The position numbers and the translations under genes are program-made. A model generated the notes under the pieces. It was given only the letters and a program-made list of their open reading frames with translations, had not been told where the DNA came from and did not search any database. A stretch of 64,000 nucleotides of DNA. Source: the human T2T-CHM13v2.0 reference genome, Homo sapiens. This document shows positions 14,362 to 29,136 of this stretch, in pieces; within the stretch, counting starts at the first letter, position 1; each line of letters starts with the position of its first letter. The DNA is taken from the NCBI RefSeq assembly GCF_009914755.1, contig NC_060927.1. One strand, given 5' to 3'.

Positions 14362-17300
14362 CTTCCTGTTGTAAAATTTCATAAGGATTTAATTTTCCCA
14401 GCTCATATTGAGACCCTGAAAAACATTAGTTTTGGGTTGTTTTTTTTTAATTGCTCAAGGCCTAAAAAGGCCTTGAGCTCTTTAGTTTTAAAGATTTGCT
14501 GAGAACTAAATGTGTGAATATGTTTCCTTCTAGTCTATATTATCCAAGAAGAAATGATTATAATTATTTAGGGGAGATGAAAGGACTTGGGCACAGTAAA
14601 AATGTGTTGTTTTTCCTTATCATAAACAGCTTCAGTGAGCTGAACAGTAATGCTAACTGACCTTTAAAGTATGGTGAAAATTTTCCTGTGTGCTGTGTAT
14701 CCAGCTGAATACTGAATCACTATAGTTCACTTGCCCTGTGCCTTTCTTCTGGCAACACGACATTATCAACTGCATCTTTTCCTCTTTAGCCTGTGGAGTT
14801 CAATCACAGGTTAGAAGTTTCAATTGTTTTATAGCTTCAAAACACATTTAAACTCTTTCGAGTTGACCAAGAAATCTAACTTAAAAGGATGAAAAACAAA
14901 CAATTCTGCCTCTTGGAATGTATTATTATGTGTTACTGGTTGGAAATTTACTCCCAGTTTCAGAGCAAGAAATTGTCAGGAGGTTCACAGCTTCTTGTAC
15001 AGCTGCAAAACTTTCCAGATGACTTACCTGTTTTCAGTTGTGATAAATAAACATGCACACACGCCAACTTGTGCACATTTTCTTACCCAGCATTGGGTAG
15101 TTAAACTCATCTCCTCTCATAGAATTAATTGCCCCACCCAGAAAATGAAACAGATTTTATTTAACAGATTGGAAGGAGCTATATAGAACTTTACAGCTTG
15201 TTTTATCTGCTGTACTATTACATGCACTTTTAATTATTTTAGACATATTTAAATGTAACAAATGTCTCACAGACCTAAGATATGAGATAAAAGTTACAGC
15301 TATAATTTATATTAATTTTGGATGATTTGACAGCCTGGAGGTAGAAGTGACTCTCGAGACTCTGAAATTTAAAACAAAAGTGGAGTTTAATTAGAAAATT
15401 AATTAACTCCATACATTTATATTTTTAATGAATTAGATGAATCATGCCATATAATTTCACCTGGAAATGTGCATATTTTAATTGCCCGTTTTATAGTAAT
15501 TACCTTTCTTTTGCTCCCTGGCACTAAAATATAGTTTGAACAGCTTTCTCATCCAAGATCCATGTAGGTCTAGCATATTTTCTTAGATTCTCTTAAATCC
15601 ACTAACACATATTAAAGTGATTAAAGTTAACGACATCACATTTGACTTGTTTCCTCTTTAGGATTTTTAATTCAACAGGACACATATGTAGAAAAGCTTT
15701 CTTCATAGCAGTGTCATTCAAAGTTGTGATTGGAATATAAGCCTTTCACAAAGAGAAGTAGTCATTAGCAGCTGGAGGAAAAGTCACTGGGAGATTGTTG
15801 TTTAGACTCCTGCATTGGTTGGGGTAGTGACCTAAATGGTATATATTATCCAATATTGTATAACCACTTTTCTGTGGAAATAAAATTAAAGCTAGAAAAG
15901 ATTGAAGAAATTAATTAGGAGAAAAATAATAATACATATTTCTGCCAACCATTTTATTTCAAAGAGAATCTGGATAAAAGATTATGAAAATTTAAGTGGG
16001 AAATTAGCATATCAGTTACTAGATTCCAGTTATTCCTCTGGCATGAACAGTACACTGCCAGTACACCATTCTGCTTCTCTGTGTACCACCTCCTCAGTTC
16101 ATGCAGTAAGGCAACAATCTTATTGTAAGAACTACAGACCCAGGGGGAAATCCACTACTCTCTGTAGCTTATGAAAGCTACAGGATTTATTTCTCCTGAT
16201 GTTAAAAGGGAGTAAGGAGAAGAAGAACAACCTTGTTCACAATAACACACATTAGCAAGAAGACAAAAACATATGCTAAAATCTAAGAAAGATAAGTAAT
16301 ATAGGGAAAAAATTATTTTACCAGAATATAGATTGGAAATATAGAGACCTTCTGTTATACTGTATATAAATTATTTGCAACCACAGTCAATAACAAAGTT
16401 GGGAGAGTCAACAGATAGATTATTCTATTATACACAAGTATGTAACTTATGAGAAAGAGGTATTTATCAGTAAATATGAAGCATGAAACAAATTCAATGA
16501 ATTATGCTATGACAATTTAAACACATTCACAAAAACTAAATCATGAAAGTTTTAAAGAGTTAAAAAATTAAGGTTGAATTAGCTAAATGGTGTTTATGAA
16601 ATTTTTGTACTATAGGGAAATATTCTAATAAAGTGATTGAAAAATTCAAAATGCAAGTGTAAAATATAACTTTGAAATAGACATGATTGTAATGTACCCC
16701 CTGAATAAATCATCCTGAGAAGAAAACAGGGAAAGATTTGACAATTATGATTGATATATATAAAAAGCTGACACACATTGATACAAAAAATGCTAAAGTT
16801 CAAAACAATAACCAGACAAAATAAGCAGCTAATTAACAAAAGAAGAAATCTATTGGTCTAATAATAAACATGGTATAAAAATCAATGTTATTTATAAGCA
16901 AATAAATGGGAATTAAAATCAAATTGATGTGCCATTTGTTATTTAAATTGTCATCTGTTTAAATGAGAATAGTTACTAGTAACAAAATCACAGTGAAAAG
17001 AGGTGTAAAGTGATACAAACACCTATAATATCACCGATCCCAATGCTACTATATAAAATGGGCTGAGACAAAACCAGTTAGTCCACCATCACCCTGTGCT
17101 TCAACCTTATTTAGCACTCCCTCTTCCTCAGAGCTTTGCTACTAAGACCCTAGAATCTTGGTTTTCTATGAAATTATATATTCTAAATAACTTGAGAGGT
17201 GTTAATTCAAAAGCTTCTAGAGTATTGGGAATCCTGAAGCTTTGGCATGGCCACATCTGAAGAAGAGCTAGAGAGCAGAAACATACCAGAGGAGGATAAC

Positions 17301-20300
17301 AAATGCCTTTTTTAAGACTGCTAATTTAAAAGACAACAGTATAACAAAGGGTATGTTCACCTGCCTTTTATCTTCCTCTTTAATCAGGCAGAGGTACTCC
17401 ATGTTTCAAGGTTCAAGGATCAGAAGACAGAGTATAAAATGGGACCAAGTATTCCAACACCTGTTTTCTCTTATTTATACACCTGGTTGAGAAAATGCTG
17501 TAAAATGGAAATTCCAAAGATAAGTAGCTGAAAATACGCTTTTATATCTGAGTGATTTACCAAAATAGCTGAAAAGCCTTTTTAAAAAACCCTTATTGCA
17601 AGACCGTGCCTAAGTAAAAGAGAAAAAAGAAAACTTGAAAACATACAATGTGATTTTTTAAAAGTACAGGATAGACAACTGTAAATTACATTGAAAATTC
17701 TGTTGGTCTTTATTTTCATTAATCACTGGCACTCCTTCAATTAGGAGCAGACTTCTTCAGTAACCATAAAAAATTGAAGACTATGAAGAAATACATCTAT
17801 TTGAAAAGGTAAAACATAAGGGAAGAAACAAATAATAGACAAGCAGAGAAAGAGATAAGAATGAATTTTGAAGGCTCTTATCTCATTGCCCATGTTTTTA
17901 CTAAGTGTATATGACAGTGAGTTCACAAGTCTCTCTTGTTCTTTCTATTTGCTGCTATTCAGACTATCAATAATATCTGAGCGACAAATCGGTAACCAAA
18001 TCAATATAGTTGATGTTGTTTACTGTGATAAAGATAAATTGGAATTAATATTTCTAAATTCATGTCCGCCAGAGATCCACTATTTGAAAATGCATATTGC
18101 CTATGTAAATAAAGCAATGAAATAGAACCCCTGACTTTTACTCTTCCTATTACTATTGCTTACACGTATTTTATTATAAGTATAACTTGATAAACAGATT
18201 TGCTTTTTATCATCTAAGAAACTTTAATTAAGAACAACCTTCAGTTAATCAGATCTTCTTTAAAAATGCTGCTACATTTAACTTCCAGCAATTAGTATTT
18301 AAAAAAAAAAAACTTGCACTGAGAACTGGATCAACATACTAATGTCCAAAGTATATTCTGGAAACAGTGAACATTTATTAGAGCTTCCATTTTTTGCTAT
18401 TGTTACATTATTGTACTGTGAGTGTAGATAAGCCCACATTACTAAAATATACTTGATATGTCAAAATTATTGAAAAGATAATTGATTCTGCTGCTACATG
18501 GTACTATCTTCTTTAGAGTGGCTCTGTCTTCACTAATGCTCTTATTCCTTCTTACATCACCAAACACAAACATAGTCATATTTTCATTCACCCAACTCTT
18601 CCCCCATTCTTTTATTATTATAATTGCCATTATTTCTTAATTTTCTGAGATAGAAGCTATTTAATTTGAGCCTCCTCAAATTTATTTATTTTTTACTTCA
18701 CACATATTCTATCTTGATGAATTTTTCTTTCTTTTCCCCTGAATCAAAAGAAAACAGGTTTATTCTTTACAGTTTAGATTTTACTGATTCTAAAATTTCA
18801 CACCCACCCACCTTGCTCCATCAATTTCCACACCCCTTATTCTATTCCTTTTCTCTTCACTATATCTGTTCTCTCACTTGCAAGGTTTGTGTTTTTTTTC
18901 AATCTGTCCACAAAATGTTCTAGGTTCTCATAAGTATGCAAATATACATGTATATGTATATAAATATATATGTATATAAATTATTCCTAGTCATAAGTCC
19001 TATCAGTCACTCAATTTAAAGAGATAGAGAGTAGTATTTATTGAAAGCATAACAACCACATTTTGTAGCAAGTATAATACTTCAAGTTTTATTGATGAAA
19101 TAATTATAGTCTGCAGGGTTAACTGTTACTTCATTTACCCACTGTCACAAGTAAATAATATTGGAATTAGATATGGTTCTGCCTAACTCTACAGCACACT
19201 ATCAAATTTATTATTTGTATAACAGGTTTATTCCCCACAGTACCTTTATACAATATATGCCTCATGACTTCCACAATCTGACTTTTGATTCCACATTTAT
19301 TTTTAATCTCCTTTCTTAAAGCTAACAACGGATATGTTTGTTACTAAATGTTATAGTTTCTTCCAACATCTTATATTCTGTAAATAGCCTGAGAATTATC
19401 ACTTATGACCTCTTTCTCATTCTTATAATTCTCCATATACTTCACAAACCATGTCTCCCTAGTTTATTTTCACTCTTTATGGCTGACCTTCTTCTTCTTT
19501 TCCTTGTATTTTTTTTCTATCCTCAAAGTTCTGCTCTTTGCTCCTACATTCTTAATCTCTAACCTACACTTATAGTATTATATCTCAACTGAACTATTGT
19601 GAAGGCTGAGCAACTGATCATTTTCCCTTTTCATCGTTTGAAATGCCAAGACTGAACTTCTCTGTAGAATAAATTCTGTTCAGTCAGCTAGAAATGACAG
19701 ATTGAATATAAAAGAAACCTAATTTTTAAATATTTTTTAAGAAAACATACCTAGTATTATTTATATCTAATTTTAAGAGTATGCTAACATGGAACAATAA
19801 ACAATATTTCAAATACCAATCACCATGAATAATTTGAGCAAAGAAAAATTAACTCACTGAAACAATGGGTAGCTTATAGAATTGTTGAAGTAAGAAAACA
19901 GCTTGGAATGTGTGCACAAAGCCTAGAGATCTAGAACCACAGCACAGTCAAGCACAGAAGCAGTGAGGAACCTCTGTCACAGCCACCAGGCACTAGACCA
20001 CAGTTACATCCACCACTGCTTCTGGCACTGGACTTGGATCCTACTAGTACATCACATGATGATTCAAGGATGACCCCAAAAAAATAAATAAAAAAGTTTA
20101 AAAAAAAAGAAAAACAGATTGTTAGAGAGTAGTGAATTGAGTGGGGGGCAGGGTAAAAGAGTTATGAAAATATTCATTCTCATATAAAAAGATATATGTT
20201 ATGTCTAGATTAATCATAAAATAGCAGCATAAGAAAATCATCTGGACAGGTAAAAAAATCTTTAAAATAATGCAATGAAAGAAATGTTGAAAAAGTTATA

Positions 20301-22971
20301 ACTGCAGATTGAGACTAGGCATGGAGAGGTTACAGAAAGAAAATGCTGCTTTTTATTATAAATTTTTTTGATATATACAAATATTTTCTAAGTTAAAAGA
20401 AGCAATTTAAATAAACTTTAGCCTATAAATGTCTCCATAGTTATGTTTTATATTTTTAAAATATTGAACAATTCTACTATTTCTAATTGTTGCATCCATT
20501 TTTTCTTAGCTGTATAAAATGATATGCATAGAATTAATCTATTCATTCCCTATTAGTATTAAAAAAAGCACTTTCTAACAGCATTTTTGAGTTTTTTGTC
20601 AATTATGAGTGTGCCCATATGTAATAAATAATTAGAAAGAAACAACATAAAATGAATTTGAGATAAAAATGAAATGCATTAATACATATATGACTGACTT
20701 GTTTTTGTATTTTTATCTCCCTAATTTAATTCCATTTTGCCTCTTTCTACAATGTTTTACATAGACAATCTTCAAGGTATGAGAGACTCCAGTCTCACAG
20801 GGATCTAAGGAGACAACACATTGATAAAATGTTGCTGTCTTTTCCTCAAATCAAAATCCCATTCAAAGGAAAAACACCTTTTTGTCATTGAAATACAGTG
20901 ATCATGTGATTTGCAGATGTGTCAGAGGCTTTTTGCTAAATTCTAGAAAATTTGTAAAAACTCACTAAATCATACACTCTTATATGTAGAAAAGTTGTAA
21001 TTATACCTTCATAAAATCAATAAACTCACGTACATCTCTCCATGTGTTTTCTCAAATGTGTAATTCTTTGTGTAATTCTCAAATGAATTATCATTTGAGA
21101 AGGCATTACATTCAAATTCTGTCATTCAGACTCCCAAATCATCCCACATAAATGCTCAAAATTGTTTCCCAGATGGGCAGAGTTGAGCTCAAGACAAACA
21201 TTAAAATAGGTTATTACAAAAATACTTGACCTAAAAATGTATTGGAATATTTAGTCGAATATTGGGGTAACAATCAAAAAAGCATGTATAATTGACTTTA
21301 ACATTTGGACAATACATTTTTTGAAGTGGATAAAAATGCATGACATGGAAGAAGCAGCCCAACAGGAAGATGCTCAGATAAACCCACATAGTATATGTAA
21401 GATTACCTGCATTGAAGAAATTTTCAAGATGGGGATTGAGACAATGTGGACAGACTGTGCATTTCATTCTCTCTATTTTCTCTTGCTGTTTTTTTTTGTT
21501 TGTTTGTTTTTAAGAGATTCTTCTTTCTTTCTGGCAAATTCCCACTAATTCTTCACAAGAACTTAAATTTCATTGTATCTATGAAGGTCACCTCTTATAG
21601 AATGTTTGTCTCCTCTAGCTCCTTAGTCCTTTAATTCATACCACTTTCTGAATTTTCACAATTTTAACATTGGATAGACAGATAGATGACAGATACATGA
21701 ATAGACAGGTTGAGGTGTGTAGATAACAATATAGATAGATAGTGTTCATATCTATATTTATATCTCAACACAACAAGACTATGCCACTGAAGGACAGAAA
21801 CTGTCTCATATTTATTTTTGTATTCCTAGTTTTTGATACAAAATATTTTACACATTTAATAATTATCCGTTGAGTTAAATTAATATGATTATGCTAAGAT
21901 TAAGGTTCCATTACATCGTCAGAAAATTATCAAAGATAACATGTAGTAAATATTAAATATATGGTAATGTTAGTAAATGTAACAAGTTATGATAGTATTT
22001 TGAAATGGAAAGGTGTCATGATTCAACAACACAGATATTTTACCAGTTTGTCATCTCTTTCTCTGAAGCAACTGAAGGACTTTGATCTGATTTATTACCA
22101 TTTCCACATTAATAATAAAAAATACATTTGTAAAGCTTGAACTATTTCAAAGCACTTTAATATCCATTATCTTATTTGATTGAGCTGGTTTGATTCCACA
22201 ACAAAGTTTTGTGAAAGTTTGGGCAAACATTATTTCCTTAATTTATAAATCTAAAATCAAATAACTTTCCCAAAGTTTCAGAAAAAAAGTTAGTGGCAAA
22301 GTCTCAGATTTCTTTATGGCCTACTCTGTGTTTCTCTGCTCCTTTTTTTATTACTATCTCTCTGATTTGTAAGTTGCCAGAGAAAAAGAACACATGATCT
22401 TTTTAAAACGTCTAATATTTATTCTATGGAGAAAATCAGTAGCCATTCAATCACATGCAATGGCTATAGAAGATGAATAAATGGAATGCTCTACTCCACA
22501 AAGGGTTAATGCTAAAGACATTAAAAATTAAAACAGAATTTGAGTTCCCCAATCTTTCTTCATACTATAGTCTGAAAAACACATGACCATAATGCAGTTT
22601 CTCAAATAGTTTTTCACTGTTTTTCAAATACTTCCAAGGAAATAGTTCACAGGCAAGGGGGCAGAGTTAAGCCTAAAATATTCAATCCATTAGGCAGTTA
22701 TAAATCCCTTTAAACCATAAATTTCTTTCAATATAGCTACATTTCTTGATAACATGTAGTAGTCTTATTTGTGTTTCCTTGGTACTAAGTCAGGTTCTTG
22801 GAGTATACCCATATTTTGTTCTTTTCAATAAATTTATTATATCTTTGCATACTTCCAATATTCAGGCTTTAATTCGATGAAAATCTGATTCATTTTTAAA
22901 GCTTCCCAAGTGATTTTAACACGTAGTCGGACTTACATAAAATTCATTTGGTAAGATGTCAGAAATAGAAT

Positions 22972-23129
22972 AGTGATTTTCAACCTTGGCTACGCATTAG
23001 AATTACCTCAGGAGATTAAAAAATAATCCCCATGAACAGACTTCAACCCCCTGAGAAGGGATTCAGGTAGCTGTAGTTTTAATTTTTCCCAGGCAATTCC
23101 AATATGCCTCTAAGTATGAGAAACAGTGC
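22972..23129. mobile_element. MER5A-like hAT fossil
   Basis: gtgattttcaaccttggctacgcattagaattacct...ccaggcaattccaatatg...tgagaaacagtg. Confidence 0.7.
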
Positions 23130-25197
23130 AATAGAGGAGACCAATTACCTTGATTGCTTTCATTGATTTACCACTATGTGAGGATATCATTATGCCATTT
23201 GCTGCATTACAAGCTTATACATTTTAGCAAAATGGCAGTATGACATGGACGGATCCCTTTATACTTGCTTTTTTCTTTAAAAAAAAAACCCTCAAGTTAC
23301 TGTTTCATCTATTGAGCTGTACTCAGTAAGTGGTCTATTGTCTGGATGTGGACTTCCTTCAAAACCTAGCTGTTTCTGTGCAGCTCCATTGCATTCTTCC
23401 AAGACACTGCTAATGCAGAAGTGCAGACTAATTAATTAGCTCAGTTGGACCCACAACACTACAAACTGCCACTCCATTTACCTTTTGCACTTCTTATCCA
23501 GGCTAAGCAGTTGTTCTAAGTATAATGTGTCTTATGAAATGCTGCAGCTGATGGTATCGACATCTAGTATTCACTGTATTAAATTATGCTGCCAGTCCAC
23601 ACTATCATTCTTCTGCATCATGAGGAGATCCATTTATTAGAACAAATCTTTATATGGCACCAATTATTTTTACAAAGGACAAACTGGAAACAGGTCCCAT
23701 AATTGCATGCTAGTCAACCAGTCAAGTCTATAAATAAAATCACTCACTTTTTTATTACCTCTTTTACCTTCAACTATAATTCTCTGCCTGTTGACTGGAG
23801 GTCTTTTCTTGTGTTTTATTTTCTTTTTAATTCATCAATAGCAGTGTACACTTTCAGTCCAAAAATCCTGAAACCTTAGAAATTACGTACAAAGTTTCCA
23901 TACCTCATGTTTGCTTGCCTATATTGAGAGGTAATGTAGAAAAGCCATTACTGGGGCAATGAATATCAGGCCACAATTATGTTGCTAATGAGCAGATTCA
24001 GATGCTGGTAAGAAAGTCAGCTTTTTCTTTACTACTGCAATGACTGGAGGAGAATTAGAGCAGTTATTCCCAGCAGAACCACATCTTCCTTTTATTGCTC
24101 TCACTCTCTATCAGCCTGTCTCCATTGGTACTCTATGTTCTTATTTTACATATAGATTAATTATATTTGATACATATAGACTCTGCAAGTTAAAGTTCTG
24201 ACTTTTAAACAAACTGTGGTGACATACATTGCTTTATTTTCAATTCCCCCCTGATACCTCTCTGTGGTCCTTGTATATGTCCTGTACTTTAGAATATCTA
24301 ACTTATTTTTTAATATATTTATTCCTCCTACCTCATTCTCTCCTCTTCTCCCCACTCCAACTCTATTTGTAACACTTTCTAAGATTTTTAAAAGAGGATT
24401 ATTGCCTCATTGTAAGTCAAACCAAAACAGGTATGGCTTTCTGCTCAAAGTGTAAAGTCTTCTACTTGTAACTGCAGGGACAGGGGCTAATTATTGACTG
24501 GATACTTCCATAGAGATTCTTTTTAACAACCAAACCCCTGAAAAAAATGAAAAGGACAAATAAATAAACAAAAACCACAAATCCACTCATTTAAAGCTTC
24601 TCCTGCTGCTCCTTACTCTGCATTTTTAATCTGAAAATATAATCAAGCAACTACGCTGAGGATAGTTCTACAGTGCAAACACAGGAGTCAGACCCCTTCT
24701 TTGCCAGGTTCTTTGAATGACAAATCTTTTCTGGGCCCTAAAAGTGGCTGTTGAGATGAAGAGGCAACTTCTAAGATTCAAGACTTCTTTATGCCACCTT
24801 GGGATGAAGAAAAGGTGAAATACAGCACAACACATGAATCCTAAGGTTCAATTCTAAGAATGAACACGTTTGTATATATGCATCTCTTTTCCTAAAGGTA
24901 AACTTTATCACCATTATTTCTTGTTGAGGTAGTATTTTTCAGGCAACTTAAAATTTACATAAAATTTTGATTTCTAAAACTGCTTTAGTATTATATGAAT
25001 TTCCCATTACCTTGACATTTAAAATATTTTAATTTTTTTATTAAAATTTACTTTTGTTATAGCAGACTATCAGTCAAGTCAAAGGATTCTTAGTGATAGC
25101 CATGACTCCTCATGAGTATAGTCTGCAATTTATTAAAAACTTCCTGTAACGCTTTGAGTACCAGATTAACTAGAACATGTCGATTCACCATGTCCCC

Positions 25198-25654
25198 TGT
25201 AGTGGATTGAATGATGGGCCCCAAACAATATGTCCATGTCCTAACCCTTGGAATCTATGAATGTAACTTTTTACAGAAAAAACGATATTTGCATATGTAG
25301 TTAAATTAAGGCTACTAAGATGAAATTTTCCCAGCTTACACAGGTCGATTTTAAATCTAACCTATTAATATCTTTGTAAGAGACATACGGAGGAGAGATA
25401 TGTACAAAGGTGAAAGACATGAGAATGGAAGCAGAGAATAGAGGTATGCAGTCCTGAGCCAAAGAACACCTAGAGCCACCAGAAGCTGAAAGAGGCAAGT
25501 AAGGATTCTGTCTTAAAGCTGCCAGAGGAAGAGTCATCCTGCTGAAACCTTGATTTCAGACTACTGAGTATGGAATTTTGAGAAAATATATTTTTGTTGT
25601 TTTAAGCCACCAAGTTTGTGCTAATTTGTTAAAGCAGCCCTAGAAAATTAATAT
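25198..25654 (+). mobile_element. MLT1C-like LTR
   Basis: tgtagtggattgaatg..gccaccagaagctgaaagaggcaag..tgttgttttaagccaccaagtttgtg..gcagccctagaaaattaata. Confidence 0.8.
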
Positions 25655-26207
25655 CTCTTCATTTCTTGATAATTTTATATAATTAATTCTATTTTATATA
25701 TTATGTATTATATAGTAATATAAGTTTTATAGTAAATAATCACAGGTAATATTAAAAAGCCAGATAGAAAAGGAGACTTCCTGTATTAAGAAGAACCACC
25801 TTAGTCTGTGACTGTAGGAAAAAAAATTAAAAAAAAAAAAGATAAAGAACAGCCATCTTGCTCTTATAAGACAGGATTAGATTCAGAGTGATGCTTTTAT
25901 CATAGTGTTGACTTTACCAGGTAAATAATAGAATGAATATTCTAGGCAGAAGAACCAGCAGGAGCAAGGATATGGAGGCAAGAAAAAGAATAGAGTTAGG
26001 GATGTGCAGGTAATTTGGCACTACTGAAAAGTAATATAGGAGAGGCCACATATCAGAGCATGAGGCCAGCAAGGTAACTCTGTGGCAGAATGCGGCGCTT
26101 TGATGCCATGTGGAAATGAACACATTTTATCATAGGGATTCTGTTTCTCAAAGGAGACATGTAGAAACCCTTGGGAATGAAGCTGTGTGACACATAAGCA
26201 TGGTTTG

Positions 26208-26581
26208 TGCTATGGTTAGGCTTTGCGGAACCACTCAACTCTCATCTTGAATTATAATCCCCATGTGTCAAGGGAGAGACTGACCAGATGGAGGTAATTG
26301 GATCATGGGGGCAGTTTTCCTCTTGCTGGTCTCCTGATAGTGAGTTCTCATGAGATCTGACGGTTTGTTTTGTAAGTGTTTTGTAGTGCTTCCTGTGTTC
26401 ATTCTCCTTCCTGCTGCCTTGTAGAGAAGGTGCCTTGTTTCCCTTTTGCCTTCCATCATGATTTTAAGTTTTCTGAGGCCTCACCAGACATGCTGGACTG
26501 TGACTCAATTAAACCTCTTTCCTTTATAAATTACCCAGTCTTGGGCAGTTCTTTATAGTAATTTGAAAATGGAGGAATACA
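26208..26581 (+). mobile_element. THE1D-like solo LTR
   Basis: THE1/MST motifs; perfect TSD GTTTG at 26203-26207 and 26582-26586. Confidence 0.9.
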
Positions 26582-26899
26582 GTTTGTCCTCCTGAAATAT
26601 TACGTTTACTTAAACATTTGGAGGAAACAAAATAGTGTAACTGATGAGCGAGTTGGAAGACATGTATTGATATATCAACAAAGATATATTATAATACAGG
26701 AGATATAATTAGGATAAATTTTAAAAAGCTATAAAATGAGACCTCACCGGTGGCATGACTGCGAGTGAATGAAACTAAGAGCAGGTTTGTGTTAGGCTTC
26801 ACACTGACACAGAAAAAAATTACTCTCCTCTGCCATTAGCAGAAACTCTTTAGGAGAAAACAGTAAGAGGCCTGACTTGCTTAGAGGACAGTCAACAAT

Positions 26900-27150
26900 G
26901 TTGATAACAGCATTAGCAACAGTAGATAATATTTATTGATCATTTACTATGTGGTGCATCCTATTATAAGTGCCCAGATAATATTTCTAATGTATCTTTA
27001 TCAACAGCTTATGAAATAGGTAGCGTTATGACAATATTAAAGGTGAGGAAGCTGATGAGTAGAGAGGTAAAGGCTACATATAAAGGGATCAGGATTTTAT
27101 TCCAAATATGACTGACTTCAAGATTCTTCTTCTAACTAATGTGTTATATT
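26900..27150 (-). mobile_element. MIR
   Basis: atttattgatcatttactatgtg..aacagcttatgaaataggta..ggtgaggaagctga..agagaggtaa. Confidence 0.65.
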
Positions 27151-28349
27151 GTAAAGATTACAGAACCTCATTTTATAACTTAATGCTCTACTTACACACT
27201 TACTTAGAAAATGAAGTTCTAGATGTCATCAGATTTGCAAGGAAATTGAAATTTATTGCCAGTAAAATCTTGTTTTATTAATACTTTATTGGCTCTATGG
27301 CAGGCCATAGTCATTCACCAAGTTAGTGATTCAAATTGTTGTATAGAGAAATAAATTGAATGAACTTGGAACTTTGAAAAAATGTACAAGTGCCAAACAT
27401 TTTTGTGATTTTCATAGTTCTGTAATAGAATCAGAATATAGCCTTATAATAAAGGCAATGGACATTTCCCTTCTTTTATTCCGGGAATGAATTAAATAGT
27501 GTTTTTGTTTTTCTTTGGTCAGAACTAGGGAAGATCTCCTGAAGCTCAGTTGAGGGAGAAACATTTTCCCTCTTTGGGTCTGTGGTAAGTTTGTCCCATA
27601 AGGCATGAAAGACCTGTAGCATTTTCAATGGGCAGTACGTCAGGTGAGATGAGCTGTCTGCCTTTTGGTTTCTTGAGAGCCAGGATGCAAAAGACTGAGA
27701 TCTTGGATGTGGTATAGATTACATGTAGCAGTTATAACTGTTTGTTTTCTACATGTCTGTAGTAAAGTCCTGTTAACTGTTAACAACTGCTATCTGTGTG
27801 TATCCTGGGAATTGGGGAATGGTCTATACTCACCCTTGGAGGAAAATTATTCATTGGGAGCAATTTCAAAAAGAAGTTACTTTCTCATTTAGTGTTAAAA
27901 TGTCACCTTTACCCTGCAGGGACCGATTGTGTTTATTTTCTTAAAATACAGCTGTGTAGCAAATTACTGACAGTTATTGTTGTCAGAGAAAAGGTCAGCA
28001 AATTTTGAAATGCATAATTCATCATATATACAATAACTCTTTTAAAAACTTTGCCACAAGACTATCAGATCATCAACTGCTACTGTGCAATACAAATGCT
28101 GTTGATTATTACTACCCTTCTTTTATTTCAAAATGTAGTGATTAGTAGATCATGCTTCAAGGTTTTATTTTATAAAATTTATTAAGTTGTGAACTTATAC
28201 ATTACTTGATGCCATCTGAGTCTTTAACTCACTTTCCCATTCAAGTACCCACCCCCCATTTATTTTTCCTTTTATGGAAAACTTTAAAACGTATTGTATT
28301 CATTTACAATTTCCAATTTTGCTGTTTATTTATTTATTTAACCTTTCTT

Positions 28350-29120
28350 AAGCCAACACCTGTTAGATTTTTGATCCTACCAAACCACTGGGATTTCTCT
28401 TCTTAAAGTCACCAATGACTTTGAAATGGTTAAACCCCTTGTCATTTTTACTTAATCTAGCCACAACATAGGACACAATTGATTAACCTCTCCTCCTTGA
28501 AACATTTTCTTCATTTTGTTTCTGGGATACCACATATTCTATGCTTTCTCACTCTCTTTCATTGAAACTTTTTATCTTTCAAACTTCTAAATATTGGAAT
28601 ACCCCAGTGTTGTGTTCTTTTACCTCTTCTTTCTTTTGTTTATACACTCTTTTGGTAAGCTCATCTAATAGCATGTCTTTAAATGACATTTATGGTCATG
28701 ACTGTTCAATGTATAACTCCAACCCAGATCTCTTACCTGAAATCAAGATCTAGCTATCTGCCTGAAACACAAAATATATACATATACACACAGACACATT
28801 CATATATACATATATACACTTATACATATGAATGTGTGTATATATACACATATATATGAATGTGTGTGTGCATATATATATATGTATTCTTCAATATGTA
28901 ATATAAATCCCGAATTTGAAGATTCAAATGGAGCTTCTGCTCTCTCTGTACATTCCAAACCAGCATCTTCTTTGGTCTTGCACATTTCAGTTTATAGCAA
29001 AGCAATTTCTCCAAGTACTTAAACTAAAATGTTTGTGTCCTTTTGCTTCTTTTCGTCAATCACCATATCTGATCATTTCAACAAATGCCTTTATCTCTGT
29101 GCTTCAAATACATTCAAGTT
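28350..29120 (-). mobile_element. L2 remnant containing a TA/CA-rich microsatellite at ~28770-28885
   Basis: aaagtcaccaatgac..ctcctccttgaaacattttcttca..ctccaacccagatctct. Confidence 0.65.
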
Positions 29121-29136
29121 ATTGTTTAGTGGGTAT

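Noticed and set aside
14790-14815. Possible 20-nt micro-exon after a pyrimidine tract
   Set aside because: Weak donor (gttaga) and no supporting context.
16400-17000. Old L1ME-like remnants here, plus MLT1/L1ME-like pieces near 19780-20400
   Set aside because: Too diverged to delimit or name reliably by eye.
17745-17814. Possible exon ending AAG|GTAAAA
   Set aside because: Weak splice sites and no recognisable coding similarity.
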